Counted from the first letter of the stretch, positions 33,101-42,469 are shown. The stretch is DNA of 64,000 bases from Sedimentisphaerales bacterium (GCA_963708075.1 OY970194.1:2432001-2496000); one strand, 5' to 3'. A program made the numbers and translations. The notes: generated by a model not told the origin, from the sequence alone.

Positions 33101-33232
33101 CCACGCCTGGTCGGCCGGAACGCCAGCGGCCGGCGTCTTGTTGTCCGACACCCAGACGATCGTGGCCCCGTCAGCCAGTGAGCCAACGCCAAGGGCCAAC
33201 GCCAATACCGAAAGAATCACTCTTCTGTACAT
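30161..33232 (-). CDS. Secreted multidomain protein: unique N-terminal domain, Ig-like repeats, discoidin (F5/8 type C) and LamG
   Basis: Signal peptide; YYWRVDEVN repeats; WIQFEFDKVY...GLSEVRF discoidin; DDQWHFVV...FNGLLDEVRVY LamG. Confidence 0.88.
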   Translation of the reverse strand: MYRRVILSVLALALGVGSLADGATIVWVSDNKTPAAGVPADQAWIDLLIAQGYTVDISFRNKEARTLDATKVAALNAADLIIISRDTDSAQYDDGTEIAQWNGITTPILLQVGQIAQNIRWKWINIGSTAIAQPTMEAMLPTHPIFDGVSLGANNQVAVLTTNCTFVATTDVGNGTLIAKRADNSQPWIVEWAPGVEFYAGSVEKAGGKRLLFSGGGTSGVSDGTYNYNDAGKKMFLNAIRYLLGIKPVASDPGPADGAVDVPRDPVLSWKPALPSQKHDVYLGTSKDDVDAATVASPLNVLAGAGRDANTFEPADLLEYGKTYYWRVDEVNTTPDASVFKGEIWSFTAEPFAYPIKGVTATAASSQADMGPENTVNGGGLNASDQHSIDGKQMWISAGVLPNWIQFEFDKVYKLDEMWVWNSNQQLESIVGFGAKDVVVEYSIDANTWTPLAGVPVFTRAPGSPDYVHDTVVDFGGVFVKYVKLTINSTWGGSPYGGLSEVRFLYVPVQAREPQPAVNATAQEPDLTLNWRPGREAASHKVYVSDSNDAVASGSAPVKTVNTHSFDLTALDFGKTYYWRVDEVNDAATPASWEGDVWAFTVKEYQVIDDFERYTNDSPKRVFQTWVDGWGFSEDEFFPKGNPGNSTGATVGYDPLAGDIMEKTIIHGGKQSMPLQYDNTAAPSYSETTRTYDTPQNWTAGGIKSLSLYFRGAAGNGGQLYVKINSTKVPYNGGTGDIAKTAWLPWNIDLSTVGGSLSNVTKLTIGVEGSGATGKVYIDDMRLYPKTPEYYTPTDPGKTNLLALYACEGNANDTSGHGLNGTVKQATFVPSGRPDGGSAVEVQKAGYLDLGSPASLDFGTGDWTVTAWYKTTMTGTTDAEKGTIVGKGGDSTGGKRYGLIMSETTSGVATLVTDDDVTKYVTNSTSVTNDDQWHFVVGQRAGTVLRIYVDGQLEGTSTIPATYDLSGTSQHNAYIGAMTYHPDGSLYKLFNGLLDEVRVYNRALSPEEILWLAGNTAPVAKPF

Positions 33233-33342
33233 CTTTGTTTCTCCTTCTCAGTTCTCTGTTGAGGGTCTGCGTCACGCGAACGCAGGCCCCGGTTGATGCT
33301 CGTGCCTCGATGGCCCGTGGCGCCATGAACCGGGTCCCGGCC

Positions 33343-36300
33343 TCAGAGCGGCTTGGCCACCGGCGTGGTCTGGCCCGCGAGCCACAGGATTTCTTCTTCG
33401 GACAGCGCTTTGTTGTAGACGCGCACGTCGTCAATCAGGCCATTGAACAGCTTGTACAGGCTGCCGTCAGCGTGGTTGGTGATCGCTCCGATATAGGCAT
33501 TGTGTTGAGATGTGCCGGAGAGATTGTAGTCGGCAGCGGCAGTGCTGGTAGCTTCCAGTCGCCCGTCGATGAATATCCGCAGGACCGTGCCCTGCCTTTG
33601 ACCGGCAACGAAATGCCACTGGTCATCATTGGTCACACTCGTGGAGTCCGTCACGATTTTGGTCACATCGTCATCGCAGACCAGAGTGACCACTCCCGAG
33701 GTGGTTTCACTCATGGTCAACGCATAGCGCTTTCCACCGGTACTGTCTCCACCCTTGCCATAGATGGTTCCCTTGTTCGCATCTCCGGTACCGGTCATGG
33801 CGGTCTTGAACCAGGCCGTCACGGTCCAGTCCCCGGTGCCGAAGTCGAGGGACGGAGGATTGCCGAGGTCCACATAGCCAACCTGACTGAGCTGAAGAGC
33901 GGACCCTCCATCGGGTCTGCCGGAGTTGACCAACTGCGACTGCCTGATGGTTCCGTTCAATCCGTGGCCGGACGTGTCGTTGACGTTGCCTTCAAAGGCA
34001 TAGAGAGCCAGCAGATTCGTTTTGCCCGGATCTGTCGGTGTAATGTACTCCGCGGTCTTGGGATACAGCCGGATGTCGTCGATGTACACGATGCCTTTGG
34101 AACCGGAACCCTCGATGCCAATCGTCAACTTCGTCACGTTGCTCAGAGTGCCGCCGACGGTGGACAAATCGATGTTCCAGGGCAGCCACGCTGTTTTCGC
34201 GATGTCGCCCGTACCGCCGTTGTACGGCACCTTGGTGCTATTGATCTTCACGTACAATTGTCCGCCATTGCCGGCCGCACCCCGGATATAGAGTGAAAGG
34301 CTCTTGATCCCACCGGCGGTCCAGTTCTGAGGTGTATCGAAAGTCCGCGTGGTTTCGGAATAGGAAGGCGCGGCCGTGTTGTCATATTGCAGAGGCATGG
34401 ACTGTCTGCCGCCGTGAACAATCGTCTTCTCCATGATGTCCCCGGCCAGGGGGTCATAACCAACCGTGGCGCCGGTGCTATTGCCCGGATTGCCTTTCGG
34501 GAAGAACTCGTCTTCCGAGAAGCCCCAGCCATCGACCCAGGTCTGGAAGACCCGCTTTGGCGAGTCGTTCGTGTACCTCTCAAAATCGTCGATGACCGCG
34601 TACGGTTTCGTGGTGAGCTGCCACACCGGTCCTTCCCACGAGCCGGGCGTCGCAGCCTCGTTGACCTCGACAACCTTCCAGTAGTAAGTCGTTGCGAAAT
34701 TCAGCGATGCAACATCAAGACCGGGCTCAGTGACAGTGCCGGCGAGGGCCGTACCATCGACCACGGCCTGCTTGTCGCTGCTGAAATACACCTTGTGGGA
34801 GACGGCCCCTCGTCCCGGTAGCCAGCTCAGAGCGACCTCCAGCTCCTGATCGGTCGCGCCATCGGCCGGTTGCGGCCGTCTCGCATGGACGGGGATGTAG
34901 GAGAACCGGACCTCGCTCAAACCGCTGTAAGCCGACCCGCCCCACGTGCTGTTGATGGTCAGCTTGACGTACTTTGCGAACACGCCGCCGAAATCAACGA
35001 CGGTATCGTGAACGTAGGCAGGCGAGCCGCTCGCGCGAGTGAACGCGGGTACGCCGGTCAGCGGAGTCCACGTGTTGCCATCGGCGGAATACTCGATGGC
35101 GACATCTTTGGCTCCGAAGCCGATGATGCCCTCCAAGGTTTGGTTGGAGTTCCAGACCCATAGCTCGTGCAGCTTGTAGCCCTTGTCGAACTCGAACTGG
35201 ATCCAGTTGGGCAGCGCGCCCGCACTGAGCCACATCTGCTTGCCGTCTGTCGAGTGCGCGTCGCTCGGATCCAGGCCCGAGCCGTTGACGGTGTTCTCCG
35301 GCCCCATGCCGGTTTGCAGGCTGGAGGCCGTGGCGACGACATTCCCAATCGGCACGCCGACCGGCTCGGTCGTGAAACTCCAGACGTCGCCCTTGTAGAT
35401 CGCCGAGCTTGGCGGAGCATTCACTTCATCGATCCGCCAGTAATAGGTCGTGCCCAACTGTAGAACACCGGCGGGATCGTACGTGTTTGCATCCTGGCTC
35501 TGGCTGACCAGCACGCCCAGCGGATTACTCCTGCCGGCGGCGCTGACATCTTCGAAAACGGTGCCAAGGTACACATCGTGCTTGCCGGCGAACTGGCCCG
35601 CCTTCCAGCTAAGGACCGTCCCACTGTAGACATCGATTGCCTCGTCAGCCGGATTGGGCCCTGAAGCGAGACCCGGCTTGACAGTCGAAACCGGCTGGTG
35701 CAGTCCGGCCTTGTAGCCGAAGAAGTCCACGTCCTGTGAACCGGCAATGTCCGTCCGGCCAAGACTCATCAGGAGGTAGGCGCTCCATGTGGTCGGAGCC
35801 TGGTTCTTGTTGCCCGCGGTCACATGGAAGATCCGCGGATTCGCCACGTCGCCGTCCATCCAGATGGTGACTTTGTGGGTACCGCCTCCGGAGGTGTCTT
35901 TGACGATCTGAATCCAGAACTCGTGCCACTGCGTGGGGTCGAATCCCGTCAGGGTGTTCTCGGTCCCCCCGGCGTCGTAGGAGTCCACAGTGCCACTGAC
36001 CGCCGTGCCATTCTTCTTGTTCATCGTCAGGCCGTTTCCGGAGATGTCGCCCTCGTCGCCGTCCATAGCCAGCGAGAAACTGATGACGCCCATGCCGGAT
36101 GTTCCCTGTTTGATGCCAAACGCCCCGTAACCATCGTCGTGGATGTTGTACCCGCTGGTGACCCACGTTTGGGGTCCGCCGCCGCCATTAGCACAGAGCG
36201 GATCCAGAGGAGGCGTCGTAGGAATGCGGCCACGGAAGCTCAGGGTAACGCCGTCGTCGAGAATTGTCGTCGGCGTGGGCGTTTCGCTGGTGATATTGTG

Positions 36301-36672
36301 CAGGAAGGTCAGTTTTCGGTTGCTCGGATCGGCCCACCCGCTGTCAACGGGGTCTCCCGGATCCTGAATCCGCAAGAAGCTCGTGGCATCCTCCGCGAAG
36401 ACACCGGCGCCGCCGGGGCTGGGTTTGGTCGGCGATGCCCCCATCTGACCCGGGGCCGAGCCATCCCAAGCGTCCGATCCGCCCGTGCTGGCGTCATAGT
36501 GATGCCATTTTCCATCCAGGGCTGCGTCAAACTGCGTCGCGCACTGGTCACCCGTGTAGATGTATGCCCATCCACCGACCGGGTCTGCATAGGTGACGCC
36601 GGCTTGTGCTGTGCCTGTGATCAGGCCGACCGCCAGCACAAGAGACGCCCCCAAAATCAGTCTTCTACCCAT
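33343..36672 (-). CDS. Paralog of 30161-33232 with a different N-terminal domain
   Basis: Same Ig-like/discoidin/LamG C-terminal ~780 aa; distinct ~330-aa N-terminus; signal peptide; AGGAGG RBS. Confidence 0.88.
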   Translation of the reverse strand: MGRRLILGASLVLAVGLITGTAQAGVTYADPVGGWAYIYTGDQCATQFDAALDGKWHHYDASTGGSDAWDGSAPGQMGASPTKPSPGGAGVFAEDATSFLRIQDPGDPVDSGWADPSNRKLTFLHNITSETPTPTTILDDGVTLSFRGRIPTTPPLDPLCANGGGGPQTWVTSGYNIHDDGYGAFGIKQGTSGMGVISFSLAMDGDEGDISGNGLTMNKKNGTAVSGTVDSYDAGGTENTLTGFDPTQWHEFWIQIVKDTSGGGTHKVTIWMDGDVANPRIFHVTAGNKNQAPTTWSAYLLMSLGRTDIAGSQDVDFFGYKAGLHQPVSTVKPGLASGPNPADEAIDVYSGTVLSWKAGQFAGKHDVYLGTVFEDVSAAGRSNPLGVLVSQSQDANTYDPAGVLQLGTTYYWRIDEVNAPPSSAIYKGDVWSFTTEPVGVPIGNVVATASSLQTGMGPENTVNGSGLDPSDAHSTDGKQMWLSAGALPNWIQFEFDKGYKLHELWVWNSNQTLEGIIGFGAKDVAIEYSADGNTWTPLTGVPAFTRASGSPAYVHDTVVDFGGVFAKYVKLTINSTWGGSAYSGLSEVRFSYIPVHARRPQPADGATDQELEVALSWLPGRGAVSHKVYFSSDKQAVVDGTALAGTVTEPGLDVASLNFATTYYWKVVEVNEAATPGSWEGPVWQLTTKPYAVIDDFERYTNDSPKRVFQTWVDGWGFSEDEFFPKGNPGNSTGATVGYDPLAGDIMEKTIVHGGRQSMPLQYDNTAAPSYSETTRTFDTPQNWTAGGIKSLSLYIRGAAGNGGQLYVKINSTKVPYNGGTGDIAKTAWLPWNIDLSTVGGTLSNVTKLTIGIEGSGSKGIVYIDDIRLYPKTAEYITPTDPGKTNLLALYAFEGNVNDTSGHGLNGTIRQSQLVNSGRPDGGSALQLSQVGYVDLGNPPSLDFGTGDWTVTAWFKTAMTGTGDANKGTIYGKGGDSTGGKRYALTMSETTSGVVTLVCDDDVTKIVTDSTSVTNDDQWHFVAGQRQGTVLRIFIDGRLEATSTAAADYNLSGTSQHNAYIGAITNHADGSLYKLFNGLIDDVRVYNKALSEEEILWLAGQTTPVAKPL

Positions 36673-37101
36673 GGCAATCCTCCTTCTGGATCCAACGAGA
36701 AAACCCTATGGTCACAGTCCACCAAAGCGGACTATCTCATGCATACTTGGTTTTCGACCGCAATCCCCATGCACATCCACGCGTGCCTCCGCGATACCTC
36801 TGGAAATGTACCCTGGATGAGACAGCTCATCCGCCGATGAACACGGCCGCAGGGTTCCACTGCAGGGAATCGCTCTCGCCCCGCTGCAGACCAGGTATGG
36901 GGGGACGCATGTTATGGGTCCTGATGTCATCTCCTTCTCCGTCCGGTGTGATCTCAACAGACGTGGTGTAAACGGTACACATCCTCCATGCGCGCGTCAC
37001 AAACCCCGTTTATCGGGCCTGTTTCGCACATTCTGTGATCCCAGACCGATGAAAAATAGCTCTTTCGGCAATAAAAACCCACAGGTTCAGACGACACGTC
37101 A

Positions 37102-37130
37102 AGTATACCGCGCGGGAGCCATGAGGTCAA
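37102..37130 (-). promoter_or_regulatory. Sigma-70-type promoter upstream of the tandem LamG genes
   Basis: TTGACC-N17-TATACT on the minus strand, about 430 nt upstream of ATG 36672. Confidence 0.55.
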
Positions 37131-37231
37131 CCACGGCTTGTGAAAAAAAGCTCTTATCGGACGAGACGGGAGGTGGTCGTTTTCGTGCCCGGAGGAGACA
37201 ATGAGCCCCCTTTCGGACTCGTCGTCGAGGG

Positions 37232-37891
37232 CTATTTGCCGCCGCGGAGGGGGAACGTGGCAGTGAGCCGCCGGCCGTCGGGGCACATGCAGGTGGCCTC
37301 GAGGACGTAGGTTTCATTCAGACCCGCAGGGGCATCGAGCTTGAACTCGTACGCCCGCAGGAAGTCAAGCCAATACCTGTTGTTCGTGGCGGGATGGGTC
37401 AGATCGATGTCCGGCCAGATGGCGAGCCTCTGTCCCTTGGGCTCGGCGGAACGGGGAACATACTGATATAGCTCAAAGCGTAGAACGCCCGGGGCCTTGA
37501 TCTGGCACCCAAAGGCATCCAGCAGGCCGACGTAGGCATTCAGAGTCACCGCCTGGCTGCTGCCGGTCGAGCTGGGCAGTTCCGTCAAGGGAAGGATGCA
37601 AATCCTGGCCGGGGCAAAACCGGTGGGCACGACCGGCGGCGGTGACTCGATGGGCTTTGCCTCGTCGCTACTCCCGGCCTGCTTCACCTCCGGCGCCGGC
37701 GGCTGCACGGCAGACGGGACATCCGCCTGTGACTGGCCGCAGCCGGAACACAAGAACGCAGACAGCAACAGCGCAGCTACCAAGCCCGGCCCATACATGC
37801 TTACGCAAGCGTAAGCATGACACCCGGCCTTCCGCAGCCCACATGCCGCCATCAAGTAATCCGCATTCCGCAATCTGCAATCCGCAATCAT
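37232..37891 (-). CDS. Hypothetical lipoprotein
   Basis: Hydrophobic stretch plus CSGC lipobox, Pro-rich linker, globular domain (DAFGCQIKAPGVLRFELY); ATG immediately follows the ribBA stop codon; start uncertain. Confidence 0.75.
   Translation of the reverse strand: MIADCRLRNADYLMAACGLRKAGCHAYACVSMYGPGLVAALLLSAFLCSGCGQSQADVPSAVQPPAPEVKQAGSSDEAKPIESPPPVVPTGFAPARICILPLTELPSSTGSSQAVTLNAYVGLLDAFGCQIKAPGVLRFELYQYVPRSAEPKGQRLAIWPDIDLTHPATNNRYWLDFLRAYEFKLDAPAGLNETYVLEATCMCPDGRRLTATFPLRGGK
37796..37825 (-). repeat. REP-like palindrome, near-identical to 6608-6637
   Basis: catgcttacgcaagcgtaagcatgacaccc. Confidence 0.75.
37858..37891. repeat. Heptamer tandem repeat (AATCCGC) x4-5
   Basis: aatccgc attccgc aatctgc aatccgc aatcat. 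Confidence 0.75.
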
Positions 37892-39148
37892 TTACAGGTC
37901 GCCATCGAGCACGTGCCCGAGCCGCTGCTTCTTCGTGCGCAGGTAGTCAATATTGTGTTCGCACGGCTTGGCCTGCAAGGAAATCTGCTCGACAACCTTG
38001 ATGCCGTAGACCTCCAGCCGGCTGATTTTCTTCGGGTTATTGGTCAGGATGTTCACGTTTCGCAGGCCCAGGTCGCGGCAAATCTGCGCACCGATGCCAT
38101 AGTCTCGCCGGTCCGGGGCAAAGCCCAGCTTGACGTTGGCGTCCACCGTGTCGAGGCCCTGCTCCTGAAGCTTGTATGCGCGGAGCTTGTTGGATAGCCC
38201 GATGCCCCTGCCCTCCTGGCGCAGGTAGATCAGGGCCCCCTTGCCCTGCTGCTCGATCATCTTCATGGCCGTGATAAGCTGATAACCGCACTCACATCGC
38301 TGCGAATGGAACAGGTCGCCCGTCATGCACTCGGAATGAACTCGTACAAGGATTGGCTCGGGATGCTCGATAGGCACGCCTGTGGCGTCGAGATCTCCCA
38401 CGCCGCCCTTGCACAAGGCCAGATGCGGCTCCGGCGAGGTAACGCTCTCATAGGCAATCAGCTTGAACTCGCCGTAATCCGTGGGCAGATTGACGCACTC
38501 GATCCGCTTGATCTGGCGCTCCCGCTGGAGCCGATACTCCACGAGTTTCGAGATCGAAGTGATCTTCATGTCATGCTGCTTGCAGAAGGCCAGCAGTTCC
38601 GGCACGCGAGCCATGGAACCATCCTCGTTCATCACCTCGCAGATGACTGCCGCCGGCTTCAGGCCCGCCAGGCGAGCCAGGTCGATCCCCCCTTCCGTCT
38701 GGCCGGCTCGGATCAGAACCCCCCCATCCCGGGCCCGCAGAGGAAACACGTGGCCCGGGCGAGCCAGGTCCCTGGCCTTGGTGTTATCGGCGATAGCCAC
38801 CCGAATCGTGTGCGAGCGGTCTGCAGCACAGATGCCCGTGCTGATCCCCTCGGCCGCATCGATACTGACTGTAAACGCCGTTCCGAAGCGGGCCGTGTTG
38901 TCGATGGTCTGTGGGTACAGCCCCAGCGCGTCGCATCGCTCCGAGGTCATCGGCAGGCAGATCAAACCCCGGCCGAATCGCGCCATGAAGTTGACGATCT
39001 CCGGCGTAACCTTCTCCGCCGCGCAGACCAGATCCCCTTCATTTTCACGGTCTTCCGCATCCACCAGGATGATCATCTTGCCCTGCCGGAGGTCTTCCAG
39101 CACCGCCGGGATGTCGCTGAACTGCTGTGTTGTATCTTCTTTTTGCAT
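37892..39148 (-). CDS. ribBA: Bifunctional DHBP synthase / GTP cyclohydrolase II
   Basis: DRENEGDL, FTVSIDA, RPGHVFPL; RVHSECMTGD...RCECG, RQEGRGIG, LTNNPKK. Confidence 0.97.
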   Translation of the reverse strand: MQKEDTTQQFSDIPAVLEDLRQGKMIILVDAEDRENEGDLVCAAEKVTPEIVNFMARFGRGLICLPMTSERCDALGLYPQTIDNTARFGTAFTVSIDAAEGISTGICAADRSHTIRVAIADNTKARDLARPGHVFPLRARDGGVLIRAGQTEGGIDLARLAGLKPAAVICEVMNEDGSMARVPELLAFCKQHDMKITSISKLVEYRLQRERQIKRIECVNLPTDYGEFKLIAYESVTSPEPHLALCKGGVGDLDATGVPIEHPEPILVRVHSECMTGDLFHSQRCECGYQLITAMKMIEQQGKGALIYLRQEGRGIGLSNKLRAYKLQEQGLDTVDANVKLGFAPDRRDYGIGAQICRDLGLRNVNILTNNPKKISRLEVYGIKVVEQISLQAKPCEHNIDYLRTKKQRLGHVLDGDL

Positions 39149-39348
39149 ACTGCACCTATCGCTTTGCAGAGGGTCCTGCCGGACATCCGCCTGCCAACCA
39201 CCACCTCATGATATATTGCGCGTCGCCCCCAAGCGTAACAGCGCTGCGACGGATCCACGCGGTCGGCCGCACGCTTGTTTCTGGTCCGGAACACAGAAGG
39301 CGAGGACCGGCCTACCCGAACGCGCAAATCCGCCCGCAGTCCCCTCTC

Positions 39349-40071
39349 TTATTTGCGGGCCTTGTCGGACCCAGCGGCACCGGAGTTCGCCGCGTGGGTT
39401 CGCTCAAACTGCTCAATATAGCGGCTGCCGTTGCGAATGTAAATAAGCGCGGCGAGAACCGCCGCCCCGGCGGCTGCCCACCACAGTATCTGCACGAACC
39501 AGCGGTACGGCGGAAAGACATGCGACAGCTCCGGCGCCACGAGAACCGCCGTCACCATCACAAGCTGCAGAGCGGTCGCCAGCTTGCCCGCGAACACCGG
39601 TACGACGTGAGTCTGGGATGTGATCAGGTATAAAATGATAAAACCAATTGTGATGAGTACATCCTTGCCGATGATCAGGACCACCACCGTTACCGGCAGG
39701 AGGAATCCCTCCACATAACCTCTCTCCGAGACAAGCAATAGCGAGGCCGATGTGATCAGGAGCTTGTCGGCCAAAGGATCGAGGAACGTGCCCAGCCTGG
39801 TGATTTGCTTTCGGTGCCGAGCCCAATAGCCATCCACCGCATCGCTGACCGCCATCAGCACGAAGAGCGCGATAGCGGCGTATCGCAGGAGGTTCTGGGA
39901 GGCTTGGTCAAGCTGCGGGTCATGCGTGCTGAGCATGCAATCCACGAAAGGCACGATCAGCAGGATGCGAACGAGCGTGATCCGCGTCGGCCAGCTCAGG
40001 CGGTAGGTGCTCCTGTGCCGGAACAGGTCCACCAGATAGTGCAGATCCTTCTTTTGTTCCCTGTCGTCCAT
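39349..40071 (-). CDS. CDP-alcohol phosphatidyltransferase family protein (PgsA-like)
   Basis: DAVDGYWAR...LGTFLDPLADK signature. Confidence 0.9.
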   Translation of the reverse strand: MDDREQKKDLHYLVDLFRHRSTYRLSWPTRITLVRILLIVPFVDCMLSTHDPQLDQASQNLLRYAAIALFVLMAVSDAVDGYWARHRKQITRLGTFLDPLADKLLITSASLLLVSERGYVEGFLLPVTVVVLIIGKDVLITIGFIILYLITSQTHVVPVFAGKLATALQLVMVTAVLVAPELSHVFPPYRWFVQILWWAAAGAAVLAALIYIRNGSRYIEQFERTHAANSGAAGSDKARK

Positions 40072-40221
40072 ATCCGATCCCCGGCCGCGACACATCGTCT
40101 CCGTCATTGCATCTGCCGCAGGCGGTGCTATACTAAGGGATGTCGCCGGCACTGGCAATGGGGATTCCCCGCATGCCGCAGCCGCGACATATATGTGACA
40201 GAGATGGCGGAGCGAACGCTC

Positions 40222-41202
40222 ATGTCCTCGAAAACCCGATTGGCGCAGGCCTATTACGATCTGGCGGTGATGCTCGATGCAGGCATGCCGATCCTGCGGT
40301 CGCTCGATATCATGATTCAGGGCCGTACGGGCCAGCTCAAGCAGGTATTCTCGCGGATCCGGGAATCACTGTCGAAGGGGTCGAGCCTGGCCGAAGCGAT
40401 GGGCAAGCACCGTAACGTCTTTCCCGACATGGACCGGATGCTCATCGAGGCCGCTGAGACCGCCGGCTCGCTGAACGACTCCTTCAAAATGCTCTCCCAA
40501 TGGCACGAGTTCCTCCATCGCATCACCCGGCGTATTCGGATGGGACTGATCTATCCTCTGCTCATCTTGCACATCGGGGCGTTTGTCTACGGATTTCCCA
40601 ACTTCATTCTGGGCAAAATGACGAATTGGGCCTACCTCAGCCAGGTGCTCCAGATCCTGCTGCTGTTCTACATTCCAGCGGCTATCGTGGTTTTGCTCAT
40701 GCGCCTGCGGGATCGGGTTTCGGGAATCGCGATCCCCTTCGACTTTCTCGCCCTGAGGATCCCCATCCTCGGCACGGCGATCTACCATCTGTCCATCTGC
40801 CGCTACGCCAAGGCGTTCGGCATGCTCTACAAGGCCGGTGTACCCATCAGCGAGACGACGGAACGCGCGACCCGGGCGACGGGCAACGTCGTTGTAGCCC
40901 GGATGTTCCAGGGAGGATTCGCCAGTGTCCGCCAGGGTGGTATGGCCTGGGAAGGATTCTCCAAGCGGCTGCCACCCGAGTATCTGCAACTCTGGCAAAT
41001 TGGAGAGGAGTCCGGGGAATTGGACAAGACCGTGGACAAGATCGCCGAGATTTCCGGCGATCGCGCCGATCTATGGTTCACCCAATTCGCCTTCTGGATG
41101 CCGTGGTTTGTCTATGTGTTCATTGCCGGGATCATGGTCGTAATGATCTTCAAGTTGTTCTCCCAGGTGTACGGCCCCATCCTCAATGAGCTGCCGGTCT
41201 AG
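40222..41202 (+). CDS. Type II secretion system F / PilC family protein
   Basis: LAVMLDAGMPILRSL, GSSLAEAM, IYP, IGEESGELD; two T2SSF repeats. Confidence 0.88.
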   Translation: MSSKTRLAQAYYDLAVMLDAGMPILRSLDIMIQGRTGQLKQVFSRIRESLSKGSSLAEAMGKHRNVFPDMDRMLIEAAETAGSLNDSFKMLSQWHEFLHRITRRIRMGLIYPLLILHIGAFVYGFPNFILGKMTNWAYLSQVLQILLLFYIPAAIVVLLMRLRDRVSGIAIPFDFLALRIPILGTAIYHLSICRYAKAFGMLYKAGVPISETTERATRATGNVVVARMFQGGFASVRQGGMAWEGFSKRLPPEYLQLWQIGEESGELDKTVDKIAEISGDRADLWFTQFAFWMPWFVYVFIAGIMVVMIFKLFSQVYGPILNELPV

Positions 41203-41566
41203 TGATGACGACCGCGGCGCCGTCGGGCACGTTCCACAATGCGTCCAGCTTCCCTTCGATCCGCCCGACGATGTTGACGTCGGAGGCGGCGCGAATCTCA
41301 TTGCCGTCGGAGGCCGGCGTCGGCCCGAAGAAGATGCACAAGGCCGTCCCCGGCGGCCAGTAGCCGATCTCCCCCGCTTCCAGGACATCGCGGGCACCGC
41401 TTTCCAGGCCCACCCTGACCGGGATAGAGAAATAGATCTCCCCGCCCCAGCGGTTCGCCTCGCCGGTGATGGGCAGCGCGTCCTCGATGGCTCGGGCCGT
41501 CGCCGTATCGTTCAGCACCGCGTGAAACTCGACGCCGCCCGCATCGATGCATACTCGCTCTTGCAT
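41183..41566 (-). CDS. Cyclophilin-like fold protein (DUF369-like)
   Basis: LNDTATA...ALPI...NRWGGEIYF...GEIGYWPPGTALCIFFGPTP; GGAGG RBS. Confidence 0.85.
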   Translation of the reverse strand: MQERVCIDAGGVEFHAVLNDTATARAIEDALPITGEANRWGGEIYFSIPVRVGLESGARDVLEAGEIGYWPPGTALCIFFGPTPASDGNEIRAASDVNIVGRIEGKLDALWNVPDGAAVVITRPAAH

Positions 41567-41734
41567 TGCACAATCCTCCCATAGAGGGCGCCACTCGCCG
41601 CGACCAGGCCTGTGGCAAGCAGTGTGGACTCTCGTTAAGCCGTACAATTTGAATTCTTCCGTATTTTGTGTCGTTATGCACTTGATGTAAAGAAGGTCAT
41701 TGATACAATTCACGCGACTTAGTGAGGATGATCG

Positions 41735-42469
41735 ATGGCTGTTCTGAATGTCAATATAGATCACGTGGCAACGATCCGGCAGGCTCGGCGCACGGATGAG
41801 CCGGACCCGGCGTGGGCGGCCGTGCAGTGCGAGCTCGCCGGCGCCAACGGAATCACGGTGCACCTGCGTCAGGACCGCCGGCACATCAACGACCGGGATG
41901 TGCGAGTTCTCAAGGAGACCGTCGCCTGCAAGCTCAACCTGGAGATGTCCATGGCCGAGCCGATCGTCAAGATCGCGGAGCAGGTCCGGCCTGACCAGGT
42001 GACGCTCGTGCCGGAGAACCGGGCCGAGCTGACCACCGAGGGCGGCCTGGACTGCGCCCAGTACAAGCGAAGGCTCGTCGAGGTCGTCAAGCGGATGCAC
42101 AGACGAGGCATCCTCGTCAGTGCGTTTATCACGCCGGACATGGAGCAGATCGCCGCCTCCGCCGAGACCGGCTGCGATGCCGTCGAGCTGCACACGGGCA
42201 TGTATGCGAACGCAACCAGCGCCAGGGCCGTAAATAGGTGTTTGGCGAACCTGGAAGCCGGCCGGGATTACGCGATGGAACGCAAGCTCATCGTTCACGC
42301 CGGTCACGGCCTGACGTACCGAAATATCGCGGCCGTCGCCCGAATCCGCGGACTTTGCGAGTTCAACATCGGCCATAGCATCGTAGCCCGTGCCGTGCTC
42401 GTCGGAATCCGCCAGGCCACAGAGCAGATGATCGAATTGATCGAAAAGTATGGGGAATATCGGGATTGA
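41735..42469 (+). CDS. pdxJ: Pyridoxine 5'-phosphate synthase
   Basis: VNIDHVATIRQAR, ITVHLRQDRRHI, TTEGGLD, ELHTG, HAGHGL, NIGHSI. Confidence 0.97.
   Translation: MAVLNVNIDHVATIRQARRTDEPDPAWAAVQCELAGANGITVHLRQDRRHINDRDVRVLKETVACKLNLEMSMAEPIVKIAEQVRPDQVTLVPENRAELTTEGGLDCAQYKRRLVEVVKRMHRRGILVSAFITPDMEQIAASAETGCDAVELHTGMYANATSARAVNRCLANLEAGRDYAMERKLIVHAGHGLTYRNIAAVARIRGLCEFNIGHSIVARAVLVGIRQATEQMIELIEKYGEYRD

Noticed and set aside
30161..36672. Diversity-generating retroelement template/variable repeat pair
   Set aside because: Differences between copies are not adenine-specific, both copies are long coding regions and no reverse transcriptase is in the window
39149..39348. FMN riboswitch expected upstream of ribBA
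   Set aside because: No RFN consensus blocks visible on the minus strand
41567..42376. Long N-terminal extension of ORF 41183-42376
   Set aside because: Antisense to pdxJ; the real gene starts at 41566 after a GGAGG RBS
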